Shown piece after piece: positions 8,908 through 16,823 of a stretch of 29,758 nt of DNA (position 1 is its first letter; each line of letters starts with the position of its first letter). The DNA is from Candidatus Hadarchaeota archaeon (GTDB lineage Archaea > CAYQAE01 > CAYVLA01): the NCBI GenBank assembly GCA_964452145.1, contig CAYVLA010000033.1, forward strand, positions 1-29,758, given 5' to 3'. The position numbers were made by a program, and so were the translations under genes. The notes under the pieces were generated by a model that saw only the letters and a program-made list of their open reading frames with translations, did not search any database and was not told the origin of the DNA.

Positions 8908-9075
8908 GTGTCCTGGAACGACGACGAGATCCCGAGGAGGAAGAAGGATCCGCTGAAGTCATTCAGGGATCCGCGGACGGAGAGGGAGGAGAGGTACAAG
9001 GAGAGGCTGAGGGTCGAGGAGGAAAACAGGCGACGCCGGTGGTTGGAGGAAACCAAGAAGAAGCTAGAGAAGTAG
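8908..9075 (+). CDS. Small highly charged helical protein, 55 aa (not in the ORF track)
   Basis: GTG 8908 preceded by SD-like GGTGG. MSWNDDEIPRRKKDPLKSFRDPRTEREERYKERLRVEEENRRRRWLEETKKKLEK*. Codon usage (AGG, GAG, AAG) matches the neighbouring genes. Confidence 0.65.
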   Translation: MSWNDDEIPRRKKDPLKSFRDPRTEREERYKERLRVEEENRRRRWLEETKKKLEK

Positions 9076-9118
9076 GCTTCGAGGTTGGTTCCCGCGGAGT
9101 CGCGTTGCAGGCCTACCA

Positions 9119-9454
9119 TCAGCGCCTCTTCGCCAACGCGTCAAGGGTAATCCAAAGGCCTATCAGGAGCAGGAGAAGCGCGAACCAGTTCAGCTTGACT
9201 CCTCCGAGCATGCTCACCCCCACGACCAGGAATACTGCGCCGAGTCCAAGACTTCCGGTGCTCACCTTAGTCTTCCAGCCGGCCCTTACGATGTTGGAGA
9301 TGATCATTATCGATCCCGCAAGTACAAGCCCCGCGGACCAGATATCGAACCCGTACCGCTCCTTGGTGAGGTAGAGAATGCCAAGCCCGATGAAGAATGA
9401 GCCCCAAGCAAGCCTGTCAACCAAGTGCCTCTTCCATCTCTCCTCGGACACCAT
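9119..9454 (-). CDS. Small four-TM membrane protein (LiaF-TM-like)
   Basis: Four hydrophobic helices. G.FFIGLGIL..L and W.ALLLLLIGLW patterns. Confidence 0.75.
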   Translation of the reverse strand: MVSEERWKRHLVDRLAWGSFFIGLGILYLTKERYGFDIWSAGLVLAGSIMIISNIVRAGWKTKVSTGSLGLGAVFLVVGVSMLGGVKLNWFALLLLLIGLWITLDALAKRR

Positions 9455-9463
9455 GGTAGCTAG

Positions 9464-10972
9464 CTAGCGGGTTGCTCCCATTTGAGACTTCCGGGGGAGC
9501 TCTCTCCTTCTGTCTCCCTGACGAGGCCTCTCGGCCAACGCATCGTAGAACCGTGCCGCTCGCTCATACAGGTCAACGAGTTCGCGAAGCTCACCCTCCG
9601 GTAAGCTTGCCCGCAGCTCCCCTCGAATCTTCGCAGAGAGTTCCCTGCACCACCTCGCGAAGTACTCCGCGTCTAGCCTTGAGGGAAGCATCGCGCCACC
9701 GATCTCGAGGAACACAGGGTTTGAATGGGCGAACCGTACGGTCTCTCTGCTCCTTTCGAAGGCCCGGGCAGCGATCCAGCAGCTTTCGTCGAGGCTGAGC
9801 ACGACCTTCTCGTGCTCGCTGCTTCGGCCCTCAGATGAAGATGACTCGATGACCTCCCCGTTCTTGACCAATTCGACGCGATCCAGTCCTCGGAAAGAGA
9901 GAACAACGATCTCAACCGTCACCTGTACCGATCTCGGATAGGTGAGGGTCAGGCCGGGAAGCGATCCGTCGATGCGGAGAATGAGCATTGGCCCATTGGT
10001 AGCAAACGCCTTCCCCGACTTCATCCCATCAAACCACCTCCGATATCCGAATGACCGGCCGAGGTAGACGTATAGCCGGTTGTACCCCAACGGATTTCTG
10101 AGCACGCCGGATGCGGAGCCCGCAGTCAGCGGTATCTTGAGACCCAGATTGAGGAACCCGTAGTACAGATCCAGGACGTTCTGCACGAATCCTTCCTTTC
10201 CCGGATACCGAGTGCGGTCCCTCTCCCGACCCCACGCCTCATTGTCCATCACCTGGGTCCTCTGCAGATGGTTGTTGACCACCCCGATGGTATCGACCAG
10301 CCTAAGAGCGACGTTCACCGGAGCCTCCCACCAGAATGGCTTCTCCTGCTCGATGGTTGCTCCTCCTCTTCTCCACTCTCGGCAGTAGGCTGCCCCCGGG
10401 GGGAAATGTTTGCCGGCCATCATCCTCACAGGATTTTTCGGATCCAGTGCGATAACCGCTCCTCCGGCTCGCTCGTCCTCCTGGCTGAGTATCCCATATG
10501 CCCGTCTTCCTTTCCGAACAACTCTCCTGTTCGGGATGGTCCTGCCCTTCCATTCATCCTTCTGGTTCCAGACCGTGATGACGGATGCCGCGTTCAGGTC
10601 CTCGGCCTCCATGAGATGCAACATGTCACCCAGCGGTCGGTGGACGTGGGTGTCGCCCGAGTACCAGCCCAACTTGGCCATGTCCACCCAACGCCTCAGG
10701 TCGTACCTTCTGGATGTCTCCTCGCCTGCCCGGATATCCAGCAGGTCGTCGATGGGGACGAATTCCTTCCCCTTCTCGACTAGGATCGATGTTTCTCCGC
10801 AGGGAAGGGTCGCCGTGAAAGCGCCTTCTGTGGTGAAATGCTTATCCTTATCGTAAGGAAGACATCCAGAGGGGTATCTGTAAGTGCCATCCGAGGCCAG
10901 CAAATGTGCCCTTGCCGGAACTAACCGCCCTCTGTGCCGTATCTCGACGACAAGGATGCCTTCCTCTGCCAA
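9464..10972 (-). CDS. CehA/McbA-like PHP-family metallohydrolase
   Basis: W..GWYSGDTHVH metal motif, TAGSAS..NPLGYNRLYV, GKAFATNGP, C-terminal WIAARA..AHSNPV. N-terminal beta-sandwich-like region (KGKEF). Confidence 0.8.
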   Translation of the reverse strand: MAEEGILVVEIRHRGRLVPARAHLLASDGTYRYPSGCLPYDKDKHFTTEGAFTATLPCGETSILVEKGKEFVPIDDLLDIRAGEETSRRYDLRRWVDMAKLGWYSGDTHVHRPLGDMLHLMEAEDLNAASVITVWNQKDEWKGRTIPNRRVVRKGRRAYGILSQEDERAGGAVIALDPKNPVRMMAGKHFPPGAAYCREWRRGGATIEQEKPFWWEAPVNVALRLVDTIGVVNNHLQRTQVMDNEAWGRERDRTRYPGKEGFVQNVLDLYYGFLNLGLKIPLTAGSASGVLRNPLGYNRLYVYLGRSFGYRRWFDGMKSGKAFATNGPMLILRIDGSLPGLTLTYPRSVQVTVEIVVLSFRGLDRVELVKNGEVIESSSSEGRSSEHEKVVLSLDESCWIAARAFERSRETVRFAHSNPVFLEIGGAMLPSRLDAEYFARWCRELSAKIRGELRASLPEGELRELVDLYERAARFYDALAERPRQGDRRRELPRKSQMGATR

Positions 10973-10993
10973 ATCCCCGGCACCGCCCGGATC

Positions 10994-11449
10994 TCAGCCT
11001 CGGCCCAGTGGGATGCTGATGAATATAAGGGTGAGGACCGAGGCGCCGGTGTTCCTGGCCGCGTGGGTCACATGCCTGGGAACGTATGCAACATCCCCCT
11101 CTTCAATGTCAAACCACTCCTCATCCAACAGGAACTGTCCGCTGCCTGCCTTGCAGAAGAACACCTGCTCACAGTCGTCGTGGGTGTGTGGCTTGTGGGA
11201 TCCGCCCGGCCGGTAGTTCTGCACCAAGATCTTCAGGGCTTCGGAACCGGGTATTGCGCCCTCGCGCCCCGGGGTTACCAGATCCTGGCCGTCAAGCAAG
11301 GTGGCGATGGGCTCCGGTTCCCCGATTTTCGCAGGCTGCCAGATCTTCTTGGGCACCTTATCGATGCTGGTTACATACTCCATCCGTGCTGTTGCTCGAG
11401 ACTTACCCATCTTGGACATCTCCCGAATGGTCTTCGATTCCTGCATCAT
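10994..11449 (-). CDS. Cupin domain protein (start 11449 or 11383)
   Basis: PGGSHKPHTHDDCEQVFF..G.G and EGDVAYVPRHVTHAARN cupin motifs. Confidence 0.88.
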   Translation of the reverse strand: MMQESKTIREMSKMGKSRATARMEYVTSIDKVPKKIWQPAKIGEPEPIATLLDGQDLVTPGREGAIPGSEALKILVQNYRPGGSHKPHTHDDCEQVFFCKAGSGQFLLDEEWFDIEEGDVAYVPRHVTHAARNTGASVLTLIFISIPLGRG

Positions 11450-11486
11450 GGGCGGGCACCTGCGCCTCCATGGGTGAGTGGGTTAT

Positions 11487-12641
11487 TTAACTCGCGTCCC
11501 GGCCCCGCTTTGCGGACTTTCTCCAATCAGGCACGAGCACGGCCGAGGCCAGAAGGGAAAGGATCCCTGAGACCCCGAACATGCTTGAGAGACTCAAGCG
11601 ATCTATCATCAGCCCTCCTAGATAGGGACCCGCCACCCTTGGCAGGCTTGTGGTGAGCAACGCGAAGAGACCCTGAGCCGTAGCCTGTCTTCCGTAGGGA
11701 GTCGCGTCTGCAATGTAACCAACCGAGGCGATATACCAAAAACCGTAGGAGACCCCGCTCAACGCCATCAGAGGCACTGCCAGGGATGGCGATCTGACGG
11801 CGGAGAAGAGGAAGGCCATGATGCCTGAGCACGAGAAGCCGACCACCAGAAGCGGGACCCTGCCTATGCGGTCCGATAGCCTCCCTGCGAAGACCATGAT
11901 GGGTATCTCGGGGAGCGCCGAGATGGCCCAGGCCCAACCGAGGAGCCAAAGGGGGGTCCCTATACCGTCGAGATACACCGACACGAAGGTGTAGCTCATT
12001 CCGAGGCTTACGGCTCTCATCACCGTCGCGACAAGAAAAGAATAGGACCAATTCAGGCTTGCGTGTCTCCTTGGATCTGATTGCTGTAGGACCCCGTCGG
12101 GTTTCATTCCATCAGCGATCGGCTGGGTCAAGCAGACGACCAACAGCAGCGCGCCAACGACGAAAGCCATCTTCAGACCTCCGGCTTGGATCACGACTCC
12201 CACGATCGCCCCCGAGATGATCCAACCGATTGATCCCCATATCCTCACCAGGGCATAACCCGATCCCATCCTTCCCTTCTCCAAGCTGCCCAAGACCATG
12301 GCATTCAGGAGGGCTTCCAAGGGGGGAACCGCAATCGCCCCGGAGACCATGAGGAGGAGGAACTGTCCAAAACGCGTAGCCAGTGGAAACGCCAGCCAGA
12401 GGCCCATCTGGGCGACGAACCCGAAGACGATGAACGGCCCTCGTCTGTGGACAGCGTCAGACCATGAGACCCAGAGGAGGCCTGGCACCACGGCAGCCAG
12501 CGCCGCAAGAGATGCAAGGAACCCTATCTCGGTCGCCGAAAGCCCGTTCCTCTCTAGGAACAGGACCTGATAGGGCAGAACTGAGCCCAGCGCGGCGAAG
12601 TAGACCAGGTACAGGGCCCTGAACCGGACCCGGGACGACAT
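11487..12641 (-). CDS. MFS transporter (MFS_1-like)
   Basis: About 12 TM segments. Motifs SDAVHRR, YALVRIWGSIGW, EIP, GRLSDRIGR, ATAQG. Confidence 0.9.
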   Translation of the reverse strand: MSSRVRFRALYLVYFAALGSVLPYQVLFLERNGLSATEIGFLASLAALAAVVPGLLWVSWSDAVHRRGPFIVFGFVAQMGLWLAFPLATRFGQFLLLMVSGAIAVPPLEALLNAMVLGSLEKGRMGSGYALVRIWGSIGWIISGAIVGVVIQAGGLKMAFVVGALLLVVCLTQPIADGMKPDGVLQQSDPRRHASLNWSYSFLVATVMRAVSLGMSYTFVSVYLDGIGTPLWLLGWAWAISALPEIPIMVFAGRLSDRIGRVPLLVVGFSCSGIMAFLFSAVRSPSLAVPLMALSGVSYGFWYIASVGYIADATPYGRQATAQGLFALLTTSLPRVAGPYLGGLMIDRLSLSSMFGVSGILSLLASAVLVPDWRKSAKRGRDAS

Positions 12642-12752
12642 CTCGTCCTCGCCTGTCTGATGGCTGATAAGGCTTTTCGGGCCCTTCGGATGATTGGACT
12701 GGACGACTGTGTGGCATTAATAAGGAACGCGCGAACGGTGCCGCGTGATGAA

Positions 12753-13739
12753 ATGAACGAGCTGTCCGTTGGCTTCATAGGTTCTGGCGGCATCGCGAAG
12801 GCACATACCAAGCCCCTCAAAGAGCTTGGAAACGTCAGGTTCGTCGCCTTCTGCGACATCGTACGTGAGAGGGCCGATTCCTACTGCAACGAGTACGGAG
12901 GACGTGCCTATACGAGCTTTGAAGAGATGTTGGAGAAGGAGGAGATGGACGCTGTATACGTATGCCTTCCCCCCTTCGCCCACAGCAATGAGGTTGAACT
13001 AGCAGCTGAGCGGGGAATCCACGTCTTCATTCAGAAGCCTATCGCCCTTAACATGGAACTTGCGAACCGAATGGTGTGGTCAGTGGAGAAGGCAGGTGTC
13101 AAGAGCCAGGTGGGGTACCAGTTGAGGTTCGGCAAGGGCGTTCAGAGGGCGAGGTCCCTATTGCAGACCGGGGAGCTGGGTGCGATCACGATGGCCTTGG
13201 GAAAGTATGTGTGCAACTTTCTCGGGGGATCCTGGTGGCGCAAGATCTCGGAGGGAGGGGGCCAGATAGTTGAGCAGTCTACCCACGCGGTGGATCTTCT
13301 AAGGTACCTCTGCGGAGACATAGTGAGGGTCCACTCCGAGATGGACAGGCGGTATTGGACCGATGTCCCGGATCTGGAGATAGAGGACGTCAGCTCGACC
13401 TCTCTGAGGTTCTTCTCGGGAGCGGTGGGCTCGATGGTCGCAACGACGGGCGGATACCGCGGCAAGTGGATCGTTGACCTTTCGATCTTCACCAAGAAGG
13501 CCGTCCTTGACCTTCCAGATCCGCATTCAATCCGAATCACGTGGAATTCCAACGGAGCCAGGGAGGAGTACCACAACGAGGTGACCGATATGAGCATGTC
13601 TGAGGCCAGACACTTCGTTGACGCGATCCGAACGGACAGCGACACCCTGACCCCCATCTCGGACGGAGCGAAGACCCTTGCGGTGACCCTTGCGATAAGG
13701 GAAAGCGGCATGGGGAAGGCCACAAGGGAGCTGGATTAG
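12753..13739 (+). CDS. Gfo/Idh/MocA family oxidoreductase
   Basis: VGFIGSGGIA Rossmann motif, DAVYVCLPP..H, G.HVFIQKP, GYQLRF, GGGQIVEQSTHAVD. Start at ATG 12753 after SD-like GTGA. Confidence 0.93.
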   Translation: MNELSVGFIGSGGIAKAHTKPLKELGNVRFVAFCDIVRERADSYCNEYGGRAYTSFEEMLEKEEMDAVYVCLPPFAHSNEVELAAERGIHVFIQKPIALNMELANRMVWSVEKAGVKSQVGYQLRFGKGVQRARSLLQTGELGAITMALGKYVCNFLGGSWWRKISEGGGQIVEQSTHAVDLLRYLCGDIVRVHSEMDRRYWTDVPDLEIEDVSSTSLRFFSGAVGSMVATTGGYRGKWIVDLSIFTKKAVLDLPDPHSIRITWNSNGAREEYHNEVTDMSMSEARHFVDAIRTDSDTLTPISDGAKTLAVTLAIRESGMGKATRELD

Positions 13740-13813
13740 ACCTTTCTGATCTCTGTCCCGTTTCTGAAATAGGATTAATAGCAGCCGGGGACACCCAAGT
13801 TCTGGGTCGTTGA

Positions 13814-14593
13814 ATGCGCAATCTCTGGTCAGGTTACATAACCTTCGGATTGGTGACCATACCCGTTACCATGTTCCCGGCGATCGAATCCAAATCGGTT
13901 TCCTTCAACTACGTCCACACCCAGTGTGGAACGCCGCTCAAGTACGACAGGGTTTGCAGCCAGTGCAATGCGGTCATCCCGTGGCAGGATGTCTCGAAAG
14001 GATACGAATACGAGAAGGGCAAGTGGGTGATCGTCAACGATGCGGATCTGGCGGCGATTCCCTTTCCCGGTGGCAAGAACATAGATATCGTTCAGTTCGT
14101 CGATCTAAGCGAGATAGACCCGATCTTCTTTGACAAGTCCTACTACCTTGCCCCGGAGGAGGGTGCAGAGAAGCCATACGCTCTCCTCACCCAAGTCATG
14201 CAGCTGACCAACAGGATCGCGGTTGCCAGGATCGTCATTAAGACCAAGCAGCATCTCTGCTGCGTAAGGCACTTCCAGAAGAGCCTCGTGCTTGAAACGA
14301 TGTTCTACCCCGACGAGATCCGCCCAAGCCCGGACGTCGTGCCCATGCTTTCGGATGTCACCCTCAGGCCAAACGAGCTGAAGATGGCCCAGCAGTTGGT
14401 GGATGCCATGACGGAGAGGTTTCAGCCCGAGACCTACCGCGATGAGTACAGGGAGGCCCTCATCAAGCTCATCGACTCCAAGATCAGCGGCATCACGCTG
14501 GAAGCAGAGCCTCAAGTTCAGAGGGAGGAGGCCCGGGACTTGATCGAGGCTCTGAAGGCCAGTGTCCAGAGGTCGAAGGCCACCGCGCGCTGA
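13814..14593 (+). CDS. ku: Prokaryotic Ku (NHEJ DNA end-binding protein)
   Basis: MRNLWSGYITFGLVTIPV, KGYEY, IDI.QFV..IDPIFFDKSYYLAP, KPYALL, YPDEIR, EL.MA.QLV, YRDEYREAL..LI..K, DLIEALKASV. Confidence 0.96.
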   Translation: MRNLWSGYITFGLVTIPVTMFPAIESKSVSFNYVHTQCGTPLKYDRVCSQCNAVIPWQDVSKGYEYEKGKWVIVNDADLAAIPFPGGKNIDIVQFVDLSEIDPIFFDKSYYLAPEEGAEKPYALLTQVMQLTNRIAVARIVIKTKQHLCCVRHFQKSLVLETMFYPDEIRPSPDVVPMLSDVTLRPNELKMAQQLVDAMTERFQPETYRDEYREALIKLIDSKISGITLEAEPQVQREEARDLIEALKASVQRSKATAR

Positions 14594-14598
14594 GCCAC

Positions 14599-14850
14599 CT
14601 ACACGCCGTGGGATCTCTCTTTCCAGATCGCTCGCTTGATCCGTCGGGCAACGGAAGTCCGCTGTTGAAGGATGTGCCAGTAGTAGAGGTCGGGGTAGGG
14701 CAGGCCCTTCCTGGTCGGCTTTCGCCCCGTCTCAACGCGGTCTTTCATCCTCTCGCGAATCAGGGAGTAGGCGACTAGGACTATGCCCACCAATGCCAGT
14801 ATCTCCCCCGCATAGATGAGGAGGTTGCCGTACCCGTACCAGATATCCAT
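14599..14850 (-). CDS. Small membrane protein with a basic C-terminal tail, 83 aa
   Basis: MDIWYGYGNLLIYAGEILALVGIVLVAYSL TM segment followed by a basic region. TTATAA on the minus strand about 26-31 bp upstream of ATG 14850 supports this start over 15024. Confidence 0.65.
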   Translation of the reverse strand: MDIWYGYGNLLIYAGEILALVGIVLVAYSLIRERMKDRVETGRKPTRKGLPYPDLYYWHILQQRTSVARRIKRAIWKERSHGV

Positions 14851-15085
14851 GTGCAACGGGAGGGTTGAGGGAATCTTATAAGTCTTATTCGAATCGATCC
14901 TCTGCATTGCCCGGGATCCCCCAAGATGGGGATGGTGAGAGTCGTATGCGCCACGCCCCCAGGTCCACAGGGGAACACCAGCCGAATGGTCGAGGCGAGG
15001 GCGGACGGAAGAGAGGCCTGGCATGGCGCCACAGCGGTGGTATGAAGCAGGTGAGGGGGAGGAGGGAAGGGGAAAGAAATCTGTA

Positions 15086-15100
15086 AGATTTTTATATAAG
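15086..15100 (+). promoter_or_regulatory. BRE/TATA promoter of the thermosome gene
   Basis: AAGATTTTTATATAA upstream of the gene, and SD GGTGA before ATG 15142. Confidence 0.7.
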
Positions 15101-15141
15101 CCGTAAGTAATCAGTCCCGACGTACAAGTGGTGAGTTCACC

Positions 15142-16779
15142 ATGGCAGCTCAGCTAGGCGGAACACCTGTCTTGATACTGAAGGAGGGTTCCGAGAGAAC
15201 CCGGGGCAGAGATGCCCAGAGAAACAACATAATGGCCGCAAAGGTGATAGCGGAAGCCGTTCGAACGACTCTGGGTCCACGGGGCATGGACAAGATGCTC
15301 GTCGACACACTGGGCGACGTCGTCATCACCAACGACGGGGCGACCATACTCGACGAGATGGATGTCGAACACCCGGCAGCCAAGATGCTGGTCGAGGTGG
15401 CCAAGACCCAGGACGAGGAGGTTGGGGACGGAACCACGTCGGCCGTCGTGCTGGCTGGCGAGCTCCTGAGCCAGGCCGAGAAGCTTCTTGACCAAGATGT
15501 TCACGCCACCGTGATCATCAAAGGTTACAGGATGGCCCAGGCCCGGGCCTTGGAGATACTGGAGAAGATCGGCAAGGCGGTTGACCCCGAGGATGCCAAG
15601 ACCCTCAGGAACATCGCCATCACATCGATGACCGGCAAGGGAGCCGAGGCCGCAAGGGAGGAGCTTGCTGACCTTGCCGTGAAGGGCGTTAAGCTCGTGG
15701 CCGAGAAGACCGACGGCAAGTTCGACATCGATATCGACCACGTCAAGCTGGAGAAGAAGGAGGGCGGATCGGCCACCGATTCAGCGCTCATAAACGGCAT
15801 ACTGATCGACAAGGAGAGGGTTCACCCCTCCATGCCTAAGCGCGTGGAGAAGGCGAAGGTTGCCTTGGTGAATCAAGCCTTCGAGATAGAGAAGACCGAG
15901 ACCGACGCCAAGATCAACATCACCTCGCCCGACCAGCTTCGGCAGTTCCTCGAGGAGGAGGAGAACATGCTCAAGAAGATGGTCGATAAGGTCAAGGAGG
16001 TGGGCGCAAACGTGCTCCTTTGCCAGAAGGGCATCGACGATCTTGCCCAGCACTACCTTGCCAAGGCGGGTATCCTGGCCGCCCGAAGGGTCAAGGAGTC
16101 GGACATGGAGAAGCTGAGCCGGGCAACCGGGGGCAACGTGGTCACCAGTCTCAAGGAGCTCACCAAGGCCGATCTCGGCGAGGCCGGGCTGGTTGAGGAG
16201 CGGAAGATAGCGGGCGACGAGATGGTCTTCGTCGAGAACTGCAAGAACCCCAAGGCCGTGACTATCCTGATCCGAGGGGGAACCGAGCATGTGGTCGACG
16301 AGATAGAGCGCGCCCTGCACGACGCGGTCTCCGTCGTAGCCGAAGTGATGAAGCACCCCAAGGTCGTGGCGGGAGGCGGAGCCAGTGAGATCGCCATCTG
16401 CAAGGAGCTGGATGAGTACGCCAAGACGGTAGGGGGACGCGAGGGACTGGCTGTCCAAGCCTTCAGCGAAGCCCTCAAAGCCATTCCGAGATCCCTCGGA
16501 GAGAACGCCGGACTGGACCCGATCGACATCATGCAGGACCTGGTGGCCGCCGCAGCCGAGAAGGGCCCGAGCATGGGTATCGATGTCTTCACGGGCAAGA
16601 TCAAGGACATGTATAAGGAGAACGTCATAGAGGCCCAGTCGGTCAAGTCCCAAGCCCTCAAGTCGGCGTGCGATGCCGCCATGATGATACTGAGAATCGA
16701 CGACGTCATCGCCTCCAAGGAGCTGGAGAAGGAGAAGACACCTCCCGGAGGCGGCGGCGAGTACGGGCCTGAGTACTAG
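15142..16779 (+). CDS. ths: Thermosome subunit (group II chaperonin)
   Basis: [52 protein letters not shown]. Confidence 0.98.
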   Translation: MAAQLGGTPVLILKEGSERTRGRDAQRNNIMAAKVIAEAVRTTLGPRGMDKMLVDTLGDVVITNDGATILDEMDVEHPAAKMLVEVAKTQDEEVGDGTTSAVVLAGELLSQAEKLLDQDVHATVIIKGYRMAQARALEILEKIGKAVDPEDAKTLRNIAITSMTGKGAEAAREELADLAVKGVKLVAEKTDGKFDIDIDHVKLEKKEGGSATDSALINGILIDKERVHPSMPKRVEKAKVALVNQAFEIEKTETDAKINITSPDQLRQFLEEEENMLKKMVDKVKEVGANVLLCQKGIDDLAQHYLAKAGILAARRVKESDMEKLSRATGGNVVTSLKELTKADLGEAGLVEERKIAGDEMVFVENCKNPKAVTILIRGGTEHVVDEIERALHDAVSVVAEVMKHPKVVAGGGASEIAICKELDEYAKTVGGREGLAVQAFSEALKAIPRSLGENAGLDPIDIMQDLVAAAAEKGPSMGIDVFTGKIKDMYKENVIEAQSVKSQALKSACDAAMMILRIDDVIASKELEKEKTPPGGGGEYGPEY

Positions 16780-16790
16780 GGCCTAGAGCG

Positions 16791-16812
16791 CCCCTTTCTC
16801 TTTCCCTTTTTC
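16791..16812 (+). terminator. Pyrimidine/T-rich archaeal terminator after the thermosome gene
   Basis: CCCCTTTCTCTTTCCCTTTTT directly after the stop, between convergent genes. Confidence 0.55.
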
Positions 16813-16823
16813 CGCCGACCTGT

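Noticed and set aside
13814..14593. Ku as a marker of a prophage or mobile element
   Set aside because: No integrase, transposase, terminal repeats or viral genes nearby.
14890..15085. Purine-rich intergenic stretch upstream of the thermosome as a possible ncRNA or ORF
   Set aside because: No convincing stems, RNA family motifs or credible ORF.
15150..16718. Long antisense ORFs opposite the thermosome, and similar ones opposite SMC, TBP and Lhr
   Set aside because: Shadow ORFs expected from GC-rich codon bias opposite well-supported genes.
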